64,000 bases of DNA from Dehalococcoidia bacterium (GCA_965249365.1 OZ252229.1:234977-298976); one strand, 5' to 3'; counted from the first letter of the stretch, positions 36,763 to 47,705 are shown. A program made the numbers and translations. Notes: generated by a model not told the origin, from the sequence alone.

Positions 36763-37131
36763 ATGATCCAGATATACACGAGATTGAAGGTTGCCGATAA
36801 CTCGGGGGCCAAGACGATAAGCTGCATTGGCATCCCCGGCGGAACCGGCAGGCAGTACGCCCATGTCGGCGACGTCATCGTCGCGTCAGTGAAGGAGTCG
36901 GCGCCCGCGGCGCCCGTCCGCAAGGGCGAGGTCGTCAGGGCGGTGGTCGTGCGAACCAGGCACTCCACGCGACGGGTCGACGGCTCTCGCATCAAGTTCG
37001 ACGATAACGCCGCAGTCATCATCAACGACGACCGGATGCCCAGGGGCACGCGCATATTCGGCCCTGTTGCTCGTGAGCTCAGGGACAAGAACTTCATGCG
37101 AATCGTCTCGCTGGCGCCGGAGGTGCTGTGA
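36763..37131 (+). CDS. rplN: 50S ribosomal protein L14
   Basis: [17 protein letters not shown]... Confidence 0.97.
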   Translation: MIQIYTRLKVADNSGAKTISCIGIPGGTGRQYAHVGDVIVASVKESAPAAPVRKGEVVRAVVVRTRHSTRRVDGSRIKFDDNAAVIINDDRMPRGTRIFGPVARELRDKNFMRIVSLAPEVL

Positions 37132-37132
37132 G

Positions 37133-37444
37133 ATGCGGCTCCGCAACAACGACCCAGTAATCGTCATCAAGGGACGCGACAGAGGGAAACGCGGGCGCGT
37201 CTCGCGGATCGATCGGAAGCACGGGACCGCGGTCGTCGAAGGGATGAACGTGGTTTCGAGGCATCAGAAACCGGGGGGCCCATTCAGGCAGGGTGGAATC
37301 ATCCAGAAAGAGATGCCAATCCCTATATCGAACCTGTCGTACTTCAGCGAGGAGTGCGGAGCGCCGGCGAGGATCGGTTACCGGTTCCTGGCAGACGGGA
37401 GCAAGGCGAGGATCTGCAAGAACTGCGGTGAAGTGATCGAATGA
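37133..37444 (+). CDS. rplX: 50S ribosomal protein L24
   Basis: ATG 37133 directly after the rplN stop (TGAGATG). [23 protein letters not shown]. Confidence 0.95.
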   Translation: MRLRNNDPVIVIKGRDRGKRGRVSRIDRKHGTAVVEGMNVVSRHQKPGGPFRQGGIIQKEMPIPISNLSYFSEECGAPARIGYRFLADGSKARICKNCGEVIE

Positions 37445-38049
37445 CTCAAGACAACCAACTTTCCGAGAACGGACAGGCCGCCCGGCCGATGCCACGGCTT
37501 CTGGAGCGACTGCGGGCCGATATCGGTGACCAGTTGATCCAGGAGTTCGGGTACACCAGCCCCATGCAGATTCCCCGGCTCGAGAAGATCGTACTGAACA
37601 TAGGTATGGGCGAGGCGCTTCAAAATGCCCGCGCGATGGAAGCGGCGACCGGTGACCTGACCGCGATCAGCGGTCAGAAGCCCGTTATCACGCGAGCGAA
37701 ACGGTCGATCGCGCAGTTCAAGATCAGGGACGGCATGCCGATCGGCCTGACAGTCACCCTTCGGAACAGACGCATGTACGAGTTCTACGATCGTCTGGTG
37801 AACTCGGCCCTGCCGAGAATCCGGGACTTTCAGGGCGTTTCGAGGAACTCGTTCGATGGCAGAGGGAACTACTCGTTGGGACTGCGGGAGCAGGTGATCT
37901 TTCCGGAGATCGACTACAACTCCGTGGACCGGATGAGGGGGCTCCAGGTTGTGATCGTCACCACCGCGCCCAACGATCCTGAAGGCCTCAGACTGTTGGA
38001 GTTGCTCGGAATGCCGTTCACAAGGCCTCGGAGCGCGGTGCCCGCGTGA
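37441..38049 (+). CDS. rplE: 50S ribosomal protein L5
   Basis: ...[16 protein letters not shown]...[28 protein letters not shown]. Confidence 0.96.
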   Translation: MTQDNQLSENGQAARPMPRLLERLRADIGDQLIQEFGYTSPMQIPRLEKIVLNIGMGEALQNARAMEAATGDLTAISGQKPVITRAKRSIAQFKIRDGMPIGLTVTLRNRRMYEFYDRLVNSALPRIRDFQGVSRNSFDGRGNYSLGLREQVIFPEIDYNSVDRMRGLQVVIVTTAPNDPEGLRLLELLGMPFTRPRSAVPA

Positions 38050-38095
38050 CGCGGATAGAGCGCACGCTCGGAAAGCGACAGACAGGTTAGAGCAG

Positions 38096-38281
38096 ATGGC
38101 GAAGAAGTCGAAGATAGCACGTTGGAAGAAGCCGCAGCGCTTCAGCGTGCGTCAGCACAACCGGTGCAACAACTGCGGCAGGCCGAGAGCGTACATACGG
38201 CACTTTGGACTGTGCCGAATCTGCTTCCGGAACATGGCGCTCGAAGGGCTCCTGCCCGGCGTACGCAAGGCAAGCTGGTAG
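38096..38281 (+). CDS. rpsZ: 30S ribosomal protein S14 type Z (zinc-binding)
   Basis: 61 aa; [22 protein letters not shown]. Confidence 0.96.
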   Translation: MAKKSKIARWKKPQRFSVRQHNRCNNCGRPRAYIRHFGLCRICFRNMALEGLLPGVRKASW

Positions 38282-38294
38282 GGGAATTGAAAGA

Positions 38295-38696
38295 ATGGCA
38301 GTGACAGATCCTATCGCGGACATGCTCACGCGCATCCGAAACGCGGTGAATGCGCGTCACGACTCGGTCACGATTCCGGCGTCGAAGTTGAAGGTTGAGC
38401 TCGCCCGAATCCTCGCCGAGGAGGGTTTCATCGAGGGGTACGACCTATCTCGTTCCGGTACGCCCCAGGCCGCGATCAGAGTCCGGCTCCACTACAGAAG
38501 CAGGAGCGAGCCGTCAATCACAGGGCTGAAGCGGGTTAGCAAGCCCGGACTTCGAATTTACGTAGGCAAAGGCGAGATCCCGCGGTACTATGGCGGCCTA
38601 GGTGTCGCCGTGCTCTCCACGTCGAACGGCGTGATGACGGGCCGACAGGCTTGGCGGCAGGGCGTCGGCGGCGAACTGCTCTGCTACGTATGGTAA
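38295..38696 (+). CDS. rpsH: 30S ribosomal protein S8
   Basis: ATG 38295; [17 protein letters not shown]. Confidence 0.96.
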   Translation: MAVTDPIADMLTRIRNAVNARHDSVTIPASKLKVELARILAEEGFIEGYDLSRSGTPQAAIRVRLHYRSRSEPSITGLKRVSKPGLRIYVGKGEIPRYYGGLGVAVLSTSNGVMTGRQAWRQGVGGELLCYVW

Positions 38697-38706
38697 GGAG
38701 ACGGCT

Positions 38707-39249
38707 ATGTCGAGAGTGGGAAACCAGCCAGTTCCAGTCCCAAGCGGCGTGGACGTCATGATCGCGGGACAGGACGTGACGATTAAGGGCCCGAGAGGGG
38801 AGCTAACCCAGAGCTTCCACCCGGAAATGGCGATCGCCAGAGACAACGGGACCGTCGTCGTCACGCGGCCGAGCGACTCCGGCGAGCACAAGGCGCTCCA
38901 CGGACTCACGCGCAGCCTTATCAACAACATGGTGATCGGCGTCAGCGAGGGCTTCGAGAGGGTTCTGGACCTCGTGGGTGTCGGATACAGGGTGGCGCAG
39001 AGCGGGCAGAGTATCACTCTGAGCGTTATGCTGAGCCACGAGGTGAAGATCGACCCTCCGGCAGGGATAACCCTGGATGTCGAGGGCAACAACCGGATCC
39101 GCGTGAGGGGTATCGACAAGCAGGCGGTGGGCCAGATAGCTTCAGAGATCCGAAGGGTCCGCCGACCGAACGTGTACACGGGCAAGGGCATCCGCTACGC
39201 CAACGAGATCGTACATCTCAAGCCCGGGAAGAGCGCCAGGAGGGTCTAG
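38707..39249 (+). CDS. rplF: 50S ribosomal protein L6
   Basis: [17 protein letters not shown]...V.IKGP.GEL. Confidence 0.96.
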   Translation: MSRVGNQPVPVPSGVDVMIAGQDVTIKGPRGELTQSFHPEMAIARDNGTVVVTRPSDSGEHKALHGLTRSLINNMVIGVSEGFERVLDLVGVGYRVAQSGQSITLSVMLSHEVKIDPPAGITLDVEGNNRIRVRGIDKQAVGQIASEIRRVRRPNVYTGKGIRYANEIVHLKPGKSARRV

Positions 39250-39250
39250 G

Positions 39251-39622
39251 GTGCCAAGAGGAAAGATGCTCAAGGCGCGTCGGCAGATGCGCCACCGGCG
39301 AGTCCGGAAGAAGATTTTCGGAAGCTCGAATCGACCGCGAATGGCGGTGTTCAGGAGCCTGAATCACATATACGTCCAGGTGATCGACGATACAAAGGGG
39401 CACACGCTCGCATCCGCTTCCAGTCTCGAGGCGGAGATACGATCGCAGATCAACGGCGGCAAGCCCAAGATGGAGGTCTCGGCGCTTGTCGGCGAGCTCA
39501 TCGCGGATAGGGCGAAGGGACAGGGCGTTAAGTCTGTCGTGTTCGACCGTGGCGGCTTCAAGTTCCACGGGAGGACTAAGGCGCTGGCCGACGCCGCGCG
39601 CGAGGGAGGTCTTGCTTTCTAA
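39251..39622 (+). CDS. rplR: 50S ribosomal protein L18
   Basis: [34 protein letters not shown]...[24 protein letters not shown]. Confidence 0.96.
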   Translation: MPRGKMLKARRQMRHRRVRKKIFGSSNRPRMAVFRSLNHIYVQVIDDTKGHTLASASSLEAEIRSQINGGKPKMEVSALVGELIADRAKGQGVKSVVFDRGGFKFHGRTKALADAAREGGLAF

Positions 39623-40207
39623 ATGACTATGGACTTCAGACGTCAGCAGAACGGCGACGACGACGAGCTACATTTCGTTGAACGCGTCGTCCGTATATCC
39701 CGTGTCGCGAAAGTGGTCAAAGGCGGGCGGCACCTGAGCTTCAACGCGATGGTGGTGGTCGGTGACGGCGAGGGACACGTAGGGATCGGCATGGGAAAGG
39801 CCGACGCCGTTCCTGACGCGGTCAGAAAGGGCGCTGTAAAAGCGCGGGCCAACATGATCACCGTTCCGCTCAGGGGATCGACGATCCCGCACGACATCGT
39901 ATCCAAGTTCGGCGGATCGCTCGTGATGCTGAGGCCTGCTGTTCCCGGCACCGGCGTCATCGCGGGCGGATCGGTCCGTGCGGTCGTCGAGCTGGCCGGG
40001 GTGAAGGATATCGTGACGAAGTCTCGGCGTAGCAACAACCCCGTCAACGTGGTCAAGGCGACGTTCGAAGGTCTGAGAAAGCTGAGGCTTCCTGAAGAGG
40101 AGATCGCGAAGCGCCGGCGCACGGTGGAAGAGGTCAAGGAGAGGCGCCGCCTTCAGGCGGAGCGACGGGCGGAGCGAGAGGCCGCGAGTGCCGAGGCCAG
40201 GGTCTGA
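39623..40207 (+). CDS. rpsE: 30S ribosomal protein S5 (with a charged C-terminal tail)
   Basis: [39 protein letters not shown]. Confidence 0.96.
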   Translation: MTMDFRRQQNGDDDELHFVERVVRISRVAKVVKGGRHLSFNAMVVVGDGEGHVGIGMGKADAVPDAVRKGAVKARANMITVPLRGSTIPHDIVSKFGGSLVMLRPAVPGTGVIAGGSVRAVVELAGVKDIVTKSRRSNNPVNVVKATFEGLRKLRLPEEEIAKRRRTVEEVKERRRLQAERRAEREAASAEARV

Positions 40208-40211
40208 ACCA

Positions 40212-40409
40212 ATGGCGAGAATAGCAATTACGTGGAAGAAGAGCGCGATCGGCTACGAGCGTTCGCAGAAGCGGGCCATCGAGGGCCTCGGACTGAGGCG
40301 GCTCAACCAGACGGTCGAGCATGACGACATCCCGTCGATAATGGGTGTCGTCCACAAGGTCCGGCACCTCGTCGAGGTGACCCGACTCGAATCCGAAGAC
40401 GAAGAGTGA
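40212..40409 (+). CDS. rpmD: 50S ribosomal protein L30
   Basis: ATG 40212; MARIAITWKKSAIGYERSQKRAIEGLGLRRLNQTV. Confidence 0.93.
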   Translation: MARIAITWKKSAIGYERSQKRAIEGLGLRRLNQTVEHDDIPSIMGVVHKVRHLVEVTRLESEDEE

Positions 40410-40861
40410 CCGAGATGCAGCAGCACCTGATGCGCTCACCCAAGAGCGCGAAGAAGAACAGAAAGCGGGTTGGCCGGGGCGACGGAAGCGGACGCGGCAC
40501 GTATGCCGGCCGAGGCCTGAAAGGCCAGGGCTCCCGCAGCGGCAAGGGCTTGATGACAAAGTTCCAGGGAGGGCAGCTCTCTCTACTGAAGAGGCTTCCC
40601 AGCATCAGGGGTTTCACGAACGTATTCCGGCAGGAGTATGGCATCGTGAACGTCGACCAACTCTCGTACTTCCCCACTGATAGCAACGTAACGCCCTCGG
40701 AGCTCGAGCTGGTCGGTCTGATTAAGAACGCGGAGCAGCCGGTCAAGATCCTCGGTAGAGGCGAGATCGACGTCGCAATCAGCGTCTCGGCGCAGAAGTT
40801 CTCGGCGTCGGCCCGCGCGAAGATCGAGTCCGCCGGGGGCACGGCGACCGCGATTGAATAG
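40406..40861 (+). CDS. rplO: 50S ribosomal protein L15
   Basis: KKNRKRVGRGDGSGRGTYAGRGLKGQGSRSG. ATG at 40415 is an alternative to GTG 40406. Confidence 0.94.
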   Translation: MTEMQQHLMRSPKSAKKNRKRVGRGDGSGRGTYAGRGLKGQGSRSGKGLMTKFQGGQLSLLKRLPSIRGFTNVFRQEYGIVNVDQLSYFPTDSNVTPSELELVGLIKNAEQPVKILGRGEIDVAISVSAQKFSASARAKIESAGGTATAIE

Positions 40862-40918
40862 GTTGAACGTGAGCAATCTGAACCCGAACAGACCCGGAGC
40901 TACCGAGGAGACAGCCTG

Positions 40919-42259
40919 ATGCGTCAGGCGCAGGCAGCATCGGCACAGCAGCAGTCTTCGAGGCCGCAGCTCATCCAGTCGATGATCGACGCGATGCGCG
41001 TTCCCGATCTTCGAACGAAGATCCTGTTCACGCTGGGGATGCTGGTGGTGTTCCGGTTCGTCGCCCAGGTCCCGGTGCCCGGAGTCGATACTCAGGCGCT
41101 GTCTCAGGCGTTCCAGCAGCAGGCGCTGTTGGGATTCCTAGACCTGTTCAGCGGAGGGGCGCTATCCAACCTCAGCGTGGCCGCCCTCGGCGTATACCCG
41201 TACATTACCGCGTCGATCGTGATGCAGATTCTGGTTCCCGCGGTGCCGAGCCTGAAGGCGATTTCTCAGGAGGGCGACCTCGGCCGTCAGAAGATCAACC
41301 AGATTACGCACTACGCCACGGTGCCGATCGCGTTCCTTCAGTCCTGGGGTCAGCTCACGCTGCTCCGGCAGTCGGGCGTTCTGCCCGGCGTGGACTTCGG
41401 GCTTAACCTAGGAACCGCAGCGATGTTGATCTCGATGGTAGCCGGCACGATGTTCCTCGTCTGGCTCGGCGAGCTGATAACGGAGCGCGGTCTGGGAAAC
41501 GGAATCTCACTGATCATCTTTGGCGGGATCGTCGCCAACTTCCCGACCGTGGTCGGTCAGGGACTCCTGGAGAGCGACCGGGCCGCAGGTCTGCTACTAC
41601 TGGCGGTCTTCGGCCTCGCGATCATCTTCGTAATTGTGCTGTTCAACGAGGCGCAACGCCGGGTACCCGTGCAGTACGGGCGCAGCGTGTTTCGCGGGGG
41701 GCAGATGCAGCGACAGTCAGGTGCGACCTTCGTGCCGCTGCGCGTCAACAGCGCCGGAATGATCCCGCTGATATTCGCGTTCAGCATCATCATCCTGCCG
41801 GCGACCATATTCAGCTACTTTCGAAACCCGCTGTCCGACTCGTTCTTTTCGAGGTTAGCGGCGTTCTTTACCGACACGCTCGACCCGACGAACTTCCCGT
41901 ACTGGGCCGCGTTGTTCATACTGGTGGTTGTGTTCACGTTCTTCTATACGCTCGTGATCTTTCAGCAACAAAACCTCGCGGAGAACCTTCAGCGGAACGG
42001 AGGATTCATCCCGGGCATAAGACCGGGCCGGCCAACGCAGGAATACCTCAATCGGGTGATCATAAGGATCACCTGGGGAGGCGCTCTGTTCTTGGGCGTG
42101 ATTGCGATCCTGCCATTCTTCGTCAAAACGGCGACCAACGTGAACGCGCTGACGCTATCCAGCACCAGTCTGCTGATCATGGTCGGAGTGGCGTTGGACA
42201 CGATGCGCCAGCTCGAGGCGCAGCTTCTGATGCGCAACTACGAAGGATTTATACGATAA
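40919..42259 (+). CDS. secY: preprotein translocase subunit SecY
   Basis: 10-TMS protein; ...DLRTKILFTLGMLVVFR....VP.PG.D......GG.....S..ALG..PYI.ASI..Q. Confidence 0.97.
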   Translation: MRQAQAASAQQQSSRPQLIQSMIDAMRVPDLRTKILFTLGMLVVFRFVAQVPVPGVDTQALSQAFQQQALLGFLDLFSGGALSNLSVAALGVYPYITASIVMQILVPAVPSLKAISQEGDLGRQKINQITHYATVPIAFLQSWGQLTLLRQSGVLPGVDFGLNLGTAAMLISMVAGTMFLVWLGELITERGLGNGISLIIFGGIVANFPTVVGQGLLESDRAAGLLLLAVFGLAIIFVIVLFNEAQRRVPVQYGRSVFRGGQMQRQSGATFVPLRVNSAGMIPLIFAFSIIILPATIFSYFRNPLSDSFFSRLAAFFTDTLDPTNFPYWAALFILVVVFTFFYTLVIFQQQNLAENLQRNGGFIPGIRPGRPTQEYLNRVIIRITWGGALFLGVIAILPFFVKTATNVNALTLSSTSLLIMVGVALDTMRQLEAQLLMRNYEGFIR

Positions 42260-42278
42260 GTGGGACCGGCGATAGACG

Positions 42279-42920
42279 TTGAACGTGATACTCATGGGCC
42301 CCCCGGGGTCGGGAAAGGGAACTCAGGCGGCAGGCCTCGCACAGCAGCTGGGAGTCGACGCGGTCTCGTCGGGAGACCTGTTCAGGGACCACCAGCGAAG
42401 AAACACCGAGCTTGGCCGGCTCGCCCGCTCGTACATGGAGCGTGGAGTGTACGTACCTGACGAGGTCACGATCAAGATGATAATGGAGTGGATAAACGAT
42501 CCGGACCACGCGCCCGGGTTCGTATTGGACGGGTTCCCCAGGACCCATGCCCAGGCAGCGGCACTGGACGAGGCGCTCGTCGACAGGGGCGGGATCGACC
42601 ACGTGGCGTTCATCAAAGTCTCCGACAATGAGCTGGTCAACAGGCTCGGTGGCCGGGTGATCTGCAAGGAGTGCCAGACGCCGTACAACTTGAACACCTC
42701 CCTTCCCGCGAAGGCAGGGACCTGCGACAGTTGCGGCGGCGAGCTGTACCAGCGAGACGACGATAAGGCAGAGGTCGTCGCGAGAAGGATCGAGGTATAC
42801 AACCAGGAGACTGAGCCGGTCGTGGGATACTACCGGGACTCCGGGATTCTGAGCGAGGTCGACGGCGAGCAGGCGGTCGACAAGGTCGGGATCGCGCTGT
42901 CAGCGGCGATCGCCGTTTAG
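42279..42920 (+). CDS. adk: adenylate kinase (zinc-lid type)
   Basis: ILMGPPGSGKGTQA. Lid CKECQ...CDSCGG. TTG start. Confidence 0.96.
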   Translation: MNVILMGPPGSGKGTQAAGLAQQLGVDAVSSGDLFRDHQRRNTELGRLARSYMERGVYVPDEVTIKMIMEWINDPDHAPGFVLDGFPRTHAQAAALDEALVDRGGIDHVAFIKVSDNELVNRLGGRVICKECQTPYNLNTSLPAKAGTCDSCGGELYQRDDDKAEVVARRIEVYNQETEPVVGYYRDSGILSEVDGEQAVDKVGIALSAAIAV

Positions 42921-42979
42921 TTGTTGGGTATCTGGCGTTTATGTAAACTTGACGTAGTGACGGAGGGGCGCTGAGGTAG

Positions 42980-43765
42980 ATGGCCAGAAGGCCGAATGGA
43001 GTATCAATCAAGTCCGCCGGCGAGCTGGAGCTCATGTTCGAAGCCGGGCAGATCGTCGCCCACGTGAAAGCAAAGGTGATCGAGGCGGTCGAACCCGGAG
43101 TCGAGACCCGAGAGCTAGACGCGGTCGCGGAGGGCACGATCAGAAACCTCGGCGCGGTGCCTTCGTTCAAAGGGTATAACCCGGGGGGTATGCCCTACGC
43201 GTTCCCCGCCACGATCTGCACCTCCTTGAACGATGAGATCGTCCACGGAATACCGAACCAGCGAAGGCTGGCCGAGGGCGATATTCTGAGTGTCGACATC
43301 GGGGCGATCTACGGAGGACTGCACGGGGACAGCGCGTTCACCGTCGGTGTAGGCGAGATCAGCGCGGAGGCCCGGCGGCTGATGGACGCGACGGCCGAGT
43401 CGCTCGACCATGGGATATCCAGGGTCAGGTCCGGAGGAAGAATCGGAGACATATCGAACGCAGTACAGAGACACGGAGAGCGTATGGGGTTCCACGTTGT
43501 CCGCAAGTACGTTGGGCATGGTATCGGGTTCAACATGCACGAGGAGCCGCAGGTCCCGAACTATGGCAGGGCGGGGAGAGGTCCACGGATGCGGACCGGG
43601 ATGGCGCTGGCTATCGAGCCCATGCTGAATATCGGGACCGCCGACACGCAGGTGTTGGCCGATGGATGGACGGTTTCTACACTCGATGGAAGCCTGTCCG
43701 CCCACTTCGAGGACACGATCACGATAACAGTGGACGGACCGGTCGTTACGACACGGTTCCACTAA
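42980..43765 (+). CDS. map: type I methionine aminopeptidase
   Basis: ...NDEIVHGIP....L..GDI...D.G....G.HGD.A.T..VG...GHGIG...HE.P.V.NY....L..GM..AIEP. Confidence 0.96.
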   Translation: MARRPNGVSIKSAGELELMFEAGQIVAHVKAKVIEAVEPGVETRELDAVAEGTIRNLGAVPSFKGYNPGGMPYAFPATICTSLNDEIVHGIPNQRRLAEGDILSVDIGAIYGGLHGDSAFTVGVGEISAEARRLMDATAESLDHGISRVRSGGRIGDISNAVQRHGERMGFHVVRKYVGHGIGFNMHEEPQVPNYGRAGRGPRMRTGMALAIEPMLNIGTADTQVLADGWTVSTLDGSLSAHFEDTITITVDGPVVTTRFH

Positions 43766-43798
43766 GACGGTAAACGTAACTGACTCGAAAGGAGTCCC

Positions 43799-44023
43799 AT
43801 GGCGAAGAAGCAGAAGGAGGCCATCGAGGTAGAGGGCACCGTAACGGAGTCCCTGCCCAATGCCAGCTTCAGGGTGGAGCTTGCCAACGAGCACAAGGTG
43901 CTCGCATACGTATCGGGCAAGCTGAAGCTGAATTTCATCCGCGTTCTGCCCGGTGACCGTGTGTTGGTCGAGCTCTCGCCGTACGACCTGACACGCGGCA
44001 GGATAACGTACCGGTTCAGATAG
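43799..44023 (+). CDS. infA: translation initiation factor IF-1
   Basis: [64 protein letters not shown]. Confidence 0.97.
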   Translation: MAKKQKEAIEVEGTVTESLPNASFRVELANEHKVLAYVSGKLKLNFIRVLPGDRVLVELSPYDLTRGRITYRFR

Positions 44024-44111
44024 GCCTCGAAACGGGAAGCTGCGCGCGCGACCCAAGAAGTAAGAGCCCTCTCCTCGCATAGGAGAGGAACAGGATCAGG
44101 GTGAAACCAGA

Positions 44112-44225
44112 ATGAAGGTTTCAGCATCGGTGAAAGTGAGATGTGCAAAGTGCAAGGTGATCAGGCGCCACGGGCGTGTGCTGATCATCTGCGAGAATCC
44201 CAAGCACAAGCAGCGTCAGGGATAG
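44112..44225 (+). CDS. rpmJ: 50S ribosomal protein L36 (not in the ORF track; 37 aa)
   Basis: Hand translation gives [37 protein letters not shown]. Lies between infA and rpsM as expected. Confidence 0.93.
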   Translation: MKVSASVKVRCAKCKVIRRHGRVLIICENPKHKQRQG

Positions 44226-44246
44226 AGCGGAGAGAGGTGAGTTCGA

Positions 44247-44630
44247 ATGGCGATAGTATCTGGCGTTAACATCCCGGACAACAAGCGGGTCGAGGTCTCC
44301 CTCCGGAGCGTCTTCGGGATCGGGCCGACGCAGGCCGTGGACGTCTGCGAGAAGGCCGGCATCCTCGACAACCCGAAGGTCAGGGAGCTATCCGACGACC
44401 AGCTGTCGCGCATCAGGGAGGTCATCGATCGCGAGAAGGTGGTCGAAGGCGATCTGAGGCGAGAGGTCAACATGAACATCCGGCGCCTGATAGACATCGG
44501 GTCCTACCGCGGCCTTCGTCATCGTCGCGGGCTTCCGGTCCGGGGACAGAGGACGAAGACGAACGCTCGCGCCAAGCGCGGCAAGGCCGTGGCGGTTGCA
44601 GGACGCGGTCGGACGGTAAACAAGAAGTAA
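44247..44630 (+). CDS. rpsM: 30S ribosomal protein S13
   Basis: [30 protein letters not shown]. Confidence 0.97.
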   Translation: MAIVSGVNIPDNKRVEVSLRSVFGIGPTQAVDVCEKAGILDNPKVRELSDDQLSRIREVIDREKVVEGDLRREVNMNIRRLIDIGSYRGLRHRRGLPVRGQRTKTNARAKRGKAVAVAGRGRTVNKK

Positions 44631-44660
44631 CTTTTGAAGCAGACCAGGTCGTAGGGGAAC

Positions 44661-45047
44661 ATGGCAAGAAGACCCAGAACACGTCGAAGAGAGCGGAAGT
44701 CGGTCCCGGTGGGCCGAGCATACATCCAGTCGACCTTCAACAACACGATAATTACGATCACAGACCCGCAAGGCAACCCGATCGCTTGGGGAAGCTCGGG
44801 CACAGTCGGGTTCCGGGGCTCCCGGAAGTCGACGGCTTTCGCGGCACAGCGCGCCGGAGAAGACGCGGCGCGTAAGGGCATGGAGCACGGCGTCCGGCAG
44901 GTCGAGGTGTTCGTGCGCGGCCCGGGCCCCGGGCGCGAGGCCGCGATCCGCGCGATTCAGGGCGCCGGAATCCTCGTCACGTCGATAAGGGACGTCACGC
45001 CGATCCCGCACAATGGGTGCCGGCCGGTGAAGCGGCGGCGCGTTTAG
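44661..45047 (+). CDS. rpsK: 30S ribosomal protein S11
   Basis: [42 protein letters not shown]. Confidence 0.97.
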   Translation: MARRPRTRRRERKSVPVGRAYIQSTFNNTIITITDPQGNPIAWGSSGTVGFRGSRKSTAFAAQRAGEDAARKGMEHGVRQVEVFVRGPGPGREAAIRAIQGAGILVTSIRDVTPIPHNGCRPVKRRRV

Positions 45048-45075
45048 ACGCACAATCGGATTCGAGAGTTGGAAC

Positions 45076-45897
45076 GTGCTGGAGAAAAGCGAGAATCAGC
45101 AGCTCCGCGAGCGAAGTCTCGGGGAGATCCTCAACGAGACCTTCGCGGTCTATGGCCGACGTTTCATCGGGCTGATATCCATTGTTGCGATCGTACAGGT
45201 GCCGGTGGCGCTTCTGGCGCTGATACCGACAGACGGTTTGATTCGGGACTCGGTGGTGGCGATTGTCAACTTCGGCGCCGGGCTGTTCGTCTACGCCGCG
45301 CTGGTCGCCGCGGTGTGCCAGCACTACGTCTTCGACGCCGTGTCTGTCGGGGGATGCTACGCCAGGGTTATGTGGCGAGTGGTTTCCGTTGTCATCCTGG
45401 GACTGCTGTTCGCGGTCCTGATGACTTTGGCGCTGTTACCGCAACTCATCCCAATCGCGCTACAAACCATCCCTCTGGGTATATCGGTCTTGTGGCTGAT
45501 TCTAGGGGTGGGTCTGCTGATCTTGACGGTCTACCTAATGGCCGTTCCACCGGCCATCATCCTAGAAGGGTACCATTTCGTGGGAGCGGTAAGACGGAGC
45601 GTCCGGCTCGTCCGCTCAGAAGTGTGGCGGATCCTGGGGCATCTGTTAGTCTATACGCTCATCGCGTTGGGCCTGGTAATCGTCTTGTCCACGCCGTTCG
45701 CTCTGGCGGTCTCTCTAGGGACCGCGGGGACCTTCGTGAGCAATCTAACCCAGATCGCTGGGAGTCTAGTGGTGGGCGTTCTGGTTCCGCCGGTGGTGGT
45801 CATAGCAACAACCCTGCTATATTTTGACCTTCGGGTCCGTAACGAACGATTTGACTTGAGACGCCTGTCCCTTGAGATGGGTGTAGCCACAACCTGA
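45076..45897 (+). CDS. 6-TMS membrane protein of unknown function inserted in the alpha operon
   Basis: GTG start 29 nt after rpsK; stop 31 nt before rpsD. Six hydrophobic spans. The C-terminal TLLYFDLRVRNERFDL resembles the tail of GDPD-membrane-domain/YciC-like families (from memory only). Confidence 0.6.
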   Translation: MLEKSENQQLRERSLGEILNETFAVYGRRFIGLISIVAIVQVPVALLALIPTDGLIRDSVVAIVNFGAGLFVYAALVAAVCQHYVFDAVSVGGCYARVMWRVVSVVILGLLFAVLMTLALLPQLIPIALQTIPLGISVLWLILGVGLLILTVYLMAVPPAIILEGYHFVGAVRRSVRLVRSEVWRILGHLLVYTLIALGLVIVLSTPFALAVSLGTAGTFVSNLTQIAGSLVVGVLVPPVVVIATTLLYFDLRVRNERFDLRRLSLEMGVATT

Positions 45898-45928
45898 GAA
45901 CGGTTAGCCAGATGTGTAAGGACGAGTA

Positions 45929-46564
45929 ATGGCGAGATACAAGGACGCGGTGTGCCGGAAGTGCCGCCGCATTGGTGAGAAGCTGTTCCTTAAAGGAGAG
46001 CGATGCTACACGCCCCGCTGTGCGGTCGAGCGCAGACGCCGACCCCCGGGAGACGCGGTCCCGCGTCGTCGAAGACCGTCGGACTGGGCGCTGCAGCTCC
46101 GCGAGAAGCAGAAGGCGCGGTTCACGTATGGCGTCCTGGAGAAGCAGTTCAGGAAGTACTTCGAGATGGCTCGCGGTCGCACCGGCGTGACGGGTGACAA
46201 TCTGCTCCAGATCCTCGAGACCCGGCTCGACAACGTCGTGTTCAGGCTTTCGATGGCCGACTCGCGGCCCCAGGGACGCCAACTCGTCAACCACGGCCAT
46301 TTTATGGTCAATGGCCGCCGAATGGACATTCCGTCTTACCTCGTGGAAGAAGGGGACGTCATCGCCTGGAAACGCGGCGGTACGAACGGGTCGCGGCCTC
46401 AGTTCATCCAGGATCTGACGGAAGGCATGCCGAAACGCCCGGTGCCGCCCTGGCTGAGATTGGACATCGCGAACTTGACCGGCGAGGTCGCCTCTCTGCC
46501 GGACGTGACCGAGATCGATTCCGGAATCGACGCCAGGTTGGTCGTCGAGTTCTATTCCAAGTAG
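45929..46564 (+). CDS. rpsD: 30S ribosomal protein S4
   Basis: MARYKDAVCRKCRRIGEKLFLKGERCYTPRCA. Confidence 0.97.
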   Translation: MARYKDAVCRKCRRIGEKLFLKGERCYTPRCAVERRRRPPGDAVPRRRRPSDWALQLREKQKARFTYGVLEKQFRKYFEMARGRTGVTGDNLLQILETRLDNVVFRLSMADSRPQGRQLVNHGHFMVNGRRMDIPSYLVEEGDVIAWKRGGTNGSRPQFIQDLTEGMPKRPVPPWLRLDIANLTGEVASLPDVTEIDSGIDARLVVEFYSK

Positions 46565-46636
46565 CGAGTCGCCAGCGCTCTCAACGGTCTGCTCCATCAC
46601 GAGACGGGCAGGCTGGATGGCCAAGGAGAACAATGG

Positions 46637-47698
46637 ATGGTCTTTGATATAACAACACTGAGCGTTAGAGAGTTCCAGGAAGAGATCGAGGAGCATATCC
46701 CTGACCCTTCGATCACAGTGGACGTATCGGAGGACGTGTATGGCAGGTTCGTAGTCGAGCCGCTGGAGCCCGGCTATGGGGTCACGCTCGGAAACCCGAT
46801 GAGACGAGTATTGTACAACGGGCTGGAAGGCACTGCGATCACGTCTGTCAAGATCGAGGGCGTCCAACACGAGTACCAGACCATGCGGAACATCAGGGAG
46901 CAGGTTACCGAGATCCTGCTCAACGTCAAGGCGATCAGGCTGAGGTCGGAGGTTGACCGGCCCGGAAAGCTCCGGCTGGAGGTCGCGGGCGAAGGACAGG
47001 TCAGCGCTGCGGACATCATGGCGTCCGCCGACTTCGAGGTGGTTAACCCTGAGCTCCATCTTGCGACGCTGGACTCGATGGAGGCGAAGCTGTCTCTCGA
47101 GCTCAACGTCGAGCGGGGCAAGGGATACAAGGAGGCGACGCAGGGTGAGGGACAGCCGATCGGTGTCCTGCCCGTCGACGCGATCTTTGCACCGGTGAGA
47201 AAGGTCAACTACAACGTCGAGCGGACGAGGGTCGGCCAGCGAACCGACTTCGAGCGGCTTGTGCTCGAAGTCTGGACGGACGGCTCGATCACCCCCGTCG
47301 AAGCCATCCAGAACGCCTCCAACATCCTGGTCACACAGTTCTTCCTGTTCTCGAACACGCAGGTGGGCGCTGAAGACGGGGGCGAGAGCGGACCACCGGT
47401 CTCGCTCAAGATCTCCCCTGAGCACTACAATGTGCTGGTGGAGCGCCTCGAGTTGAGCTCGCGCACGCTCAACTGCCTGAAGCGCGCGGGTATCGACAGG
47501 GTCGGTGAGATCCTGGAGATGAACAGGACCGAGTTGCTGAAGATCAGGAACTTCGGTGAAAAGTCGTACGTCGAGCTTTTCGACAGGCTGCGCGATGGGA
47601 ACCTCCTTCCGCCCGATCTAGACCCAGACAGGGTCGACGCGGAACCCGAGGATCAGCCGGAAGAGGCAGTGGTAGTCGTCGCCGAGTCGGAGGAGTAG
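46637..47698 (+). CDS. rpoA: DNA-directed RNA polymerase subunit alpha
   Basis: YGRFVVEPLEPGYGVTLGNPMRRVL. C-terminal domain LELSSRTLNCLKRAGIDRVGEIL. Confidence 0.97.
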   Translation: MVFDITTLSVREFQEEIEEHIPDPSITVDVSEDVYGRFVVEPLEPGYGVTLGNPMRRVLYNGLEGTAITSVKIEGVQHEYQTMRNIREQVTEILLNVKAIRLRSEVDRPGKLRLEVAGEGQVSAADIMASADFEVVNPELHLATLDSMEAKLSLELNVERGKGYKEATQGEGQPIGVLPVDAIFAPVRKVNYNVERTRVGQRTDFERLVLEVWTDGSITPVEAIQNASNILVTQFFLFSNTQVGAEDGGESGPPVSLKISPEHYNVLVERLELSSRTLNCLKRAGIDRVGEILEMNRTELLKIRNFGEKSYVELFDRLRDGNLLPPDLDPDRVDAEPEDQPEEAVVVVAESEE

Positions 47699-47705
47699 AT
47701 CTGAA

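Noticed and set aside
43115-44080. 321-aa minus-strand ORF
   Set aside because: It lies antisense to map and infA and has no motifs.
45800-47425. 541-aa minus-strand ORF
   Set aside because: It lies antisense to the unmistakable rpsD and rpoA genes. Its Arg/Leu/Asp/Pro-rich composition is typical of the reverse frame of GC-rich coding DNA, and it has no recognisable motifs.
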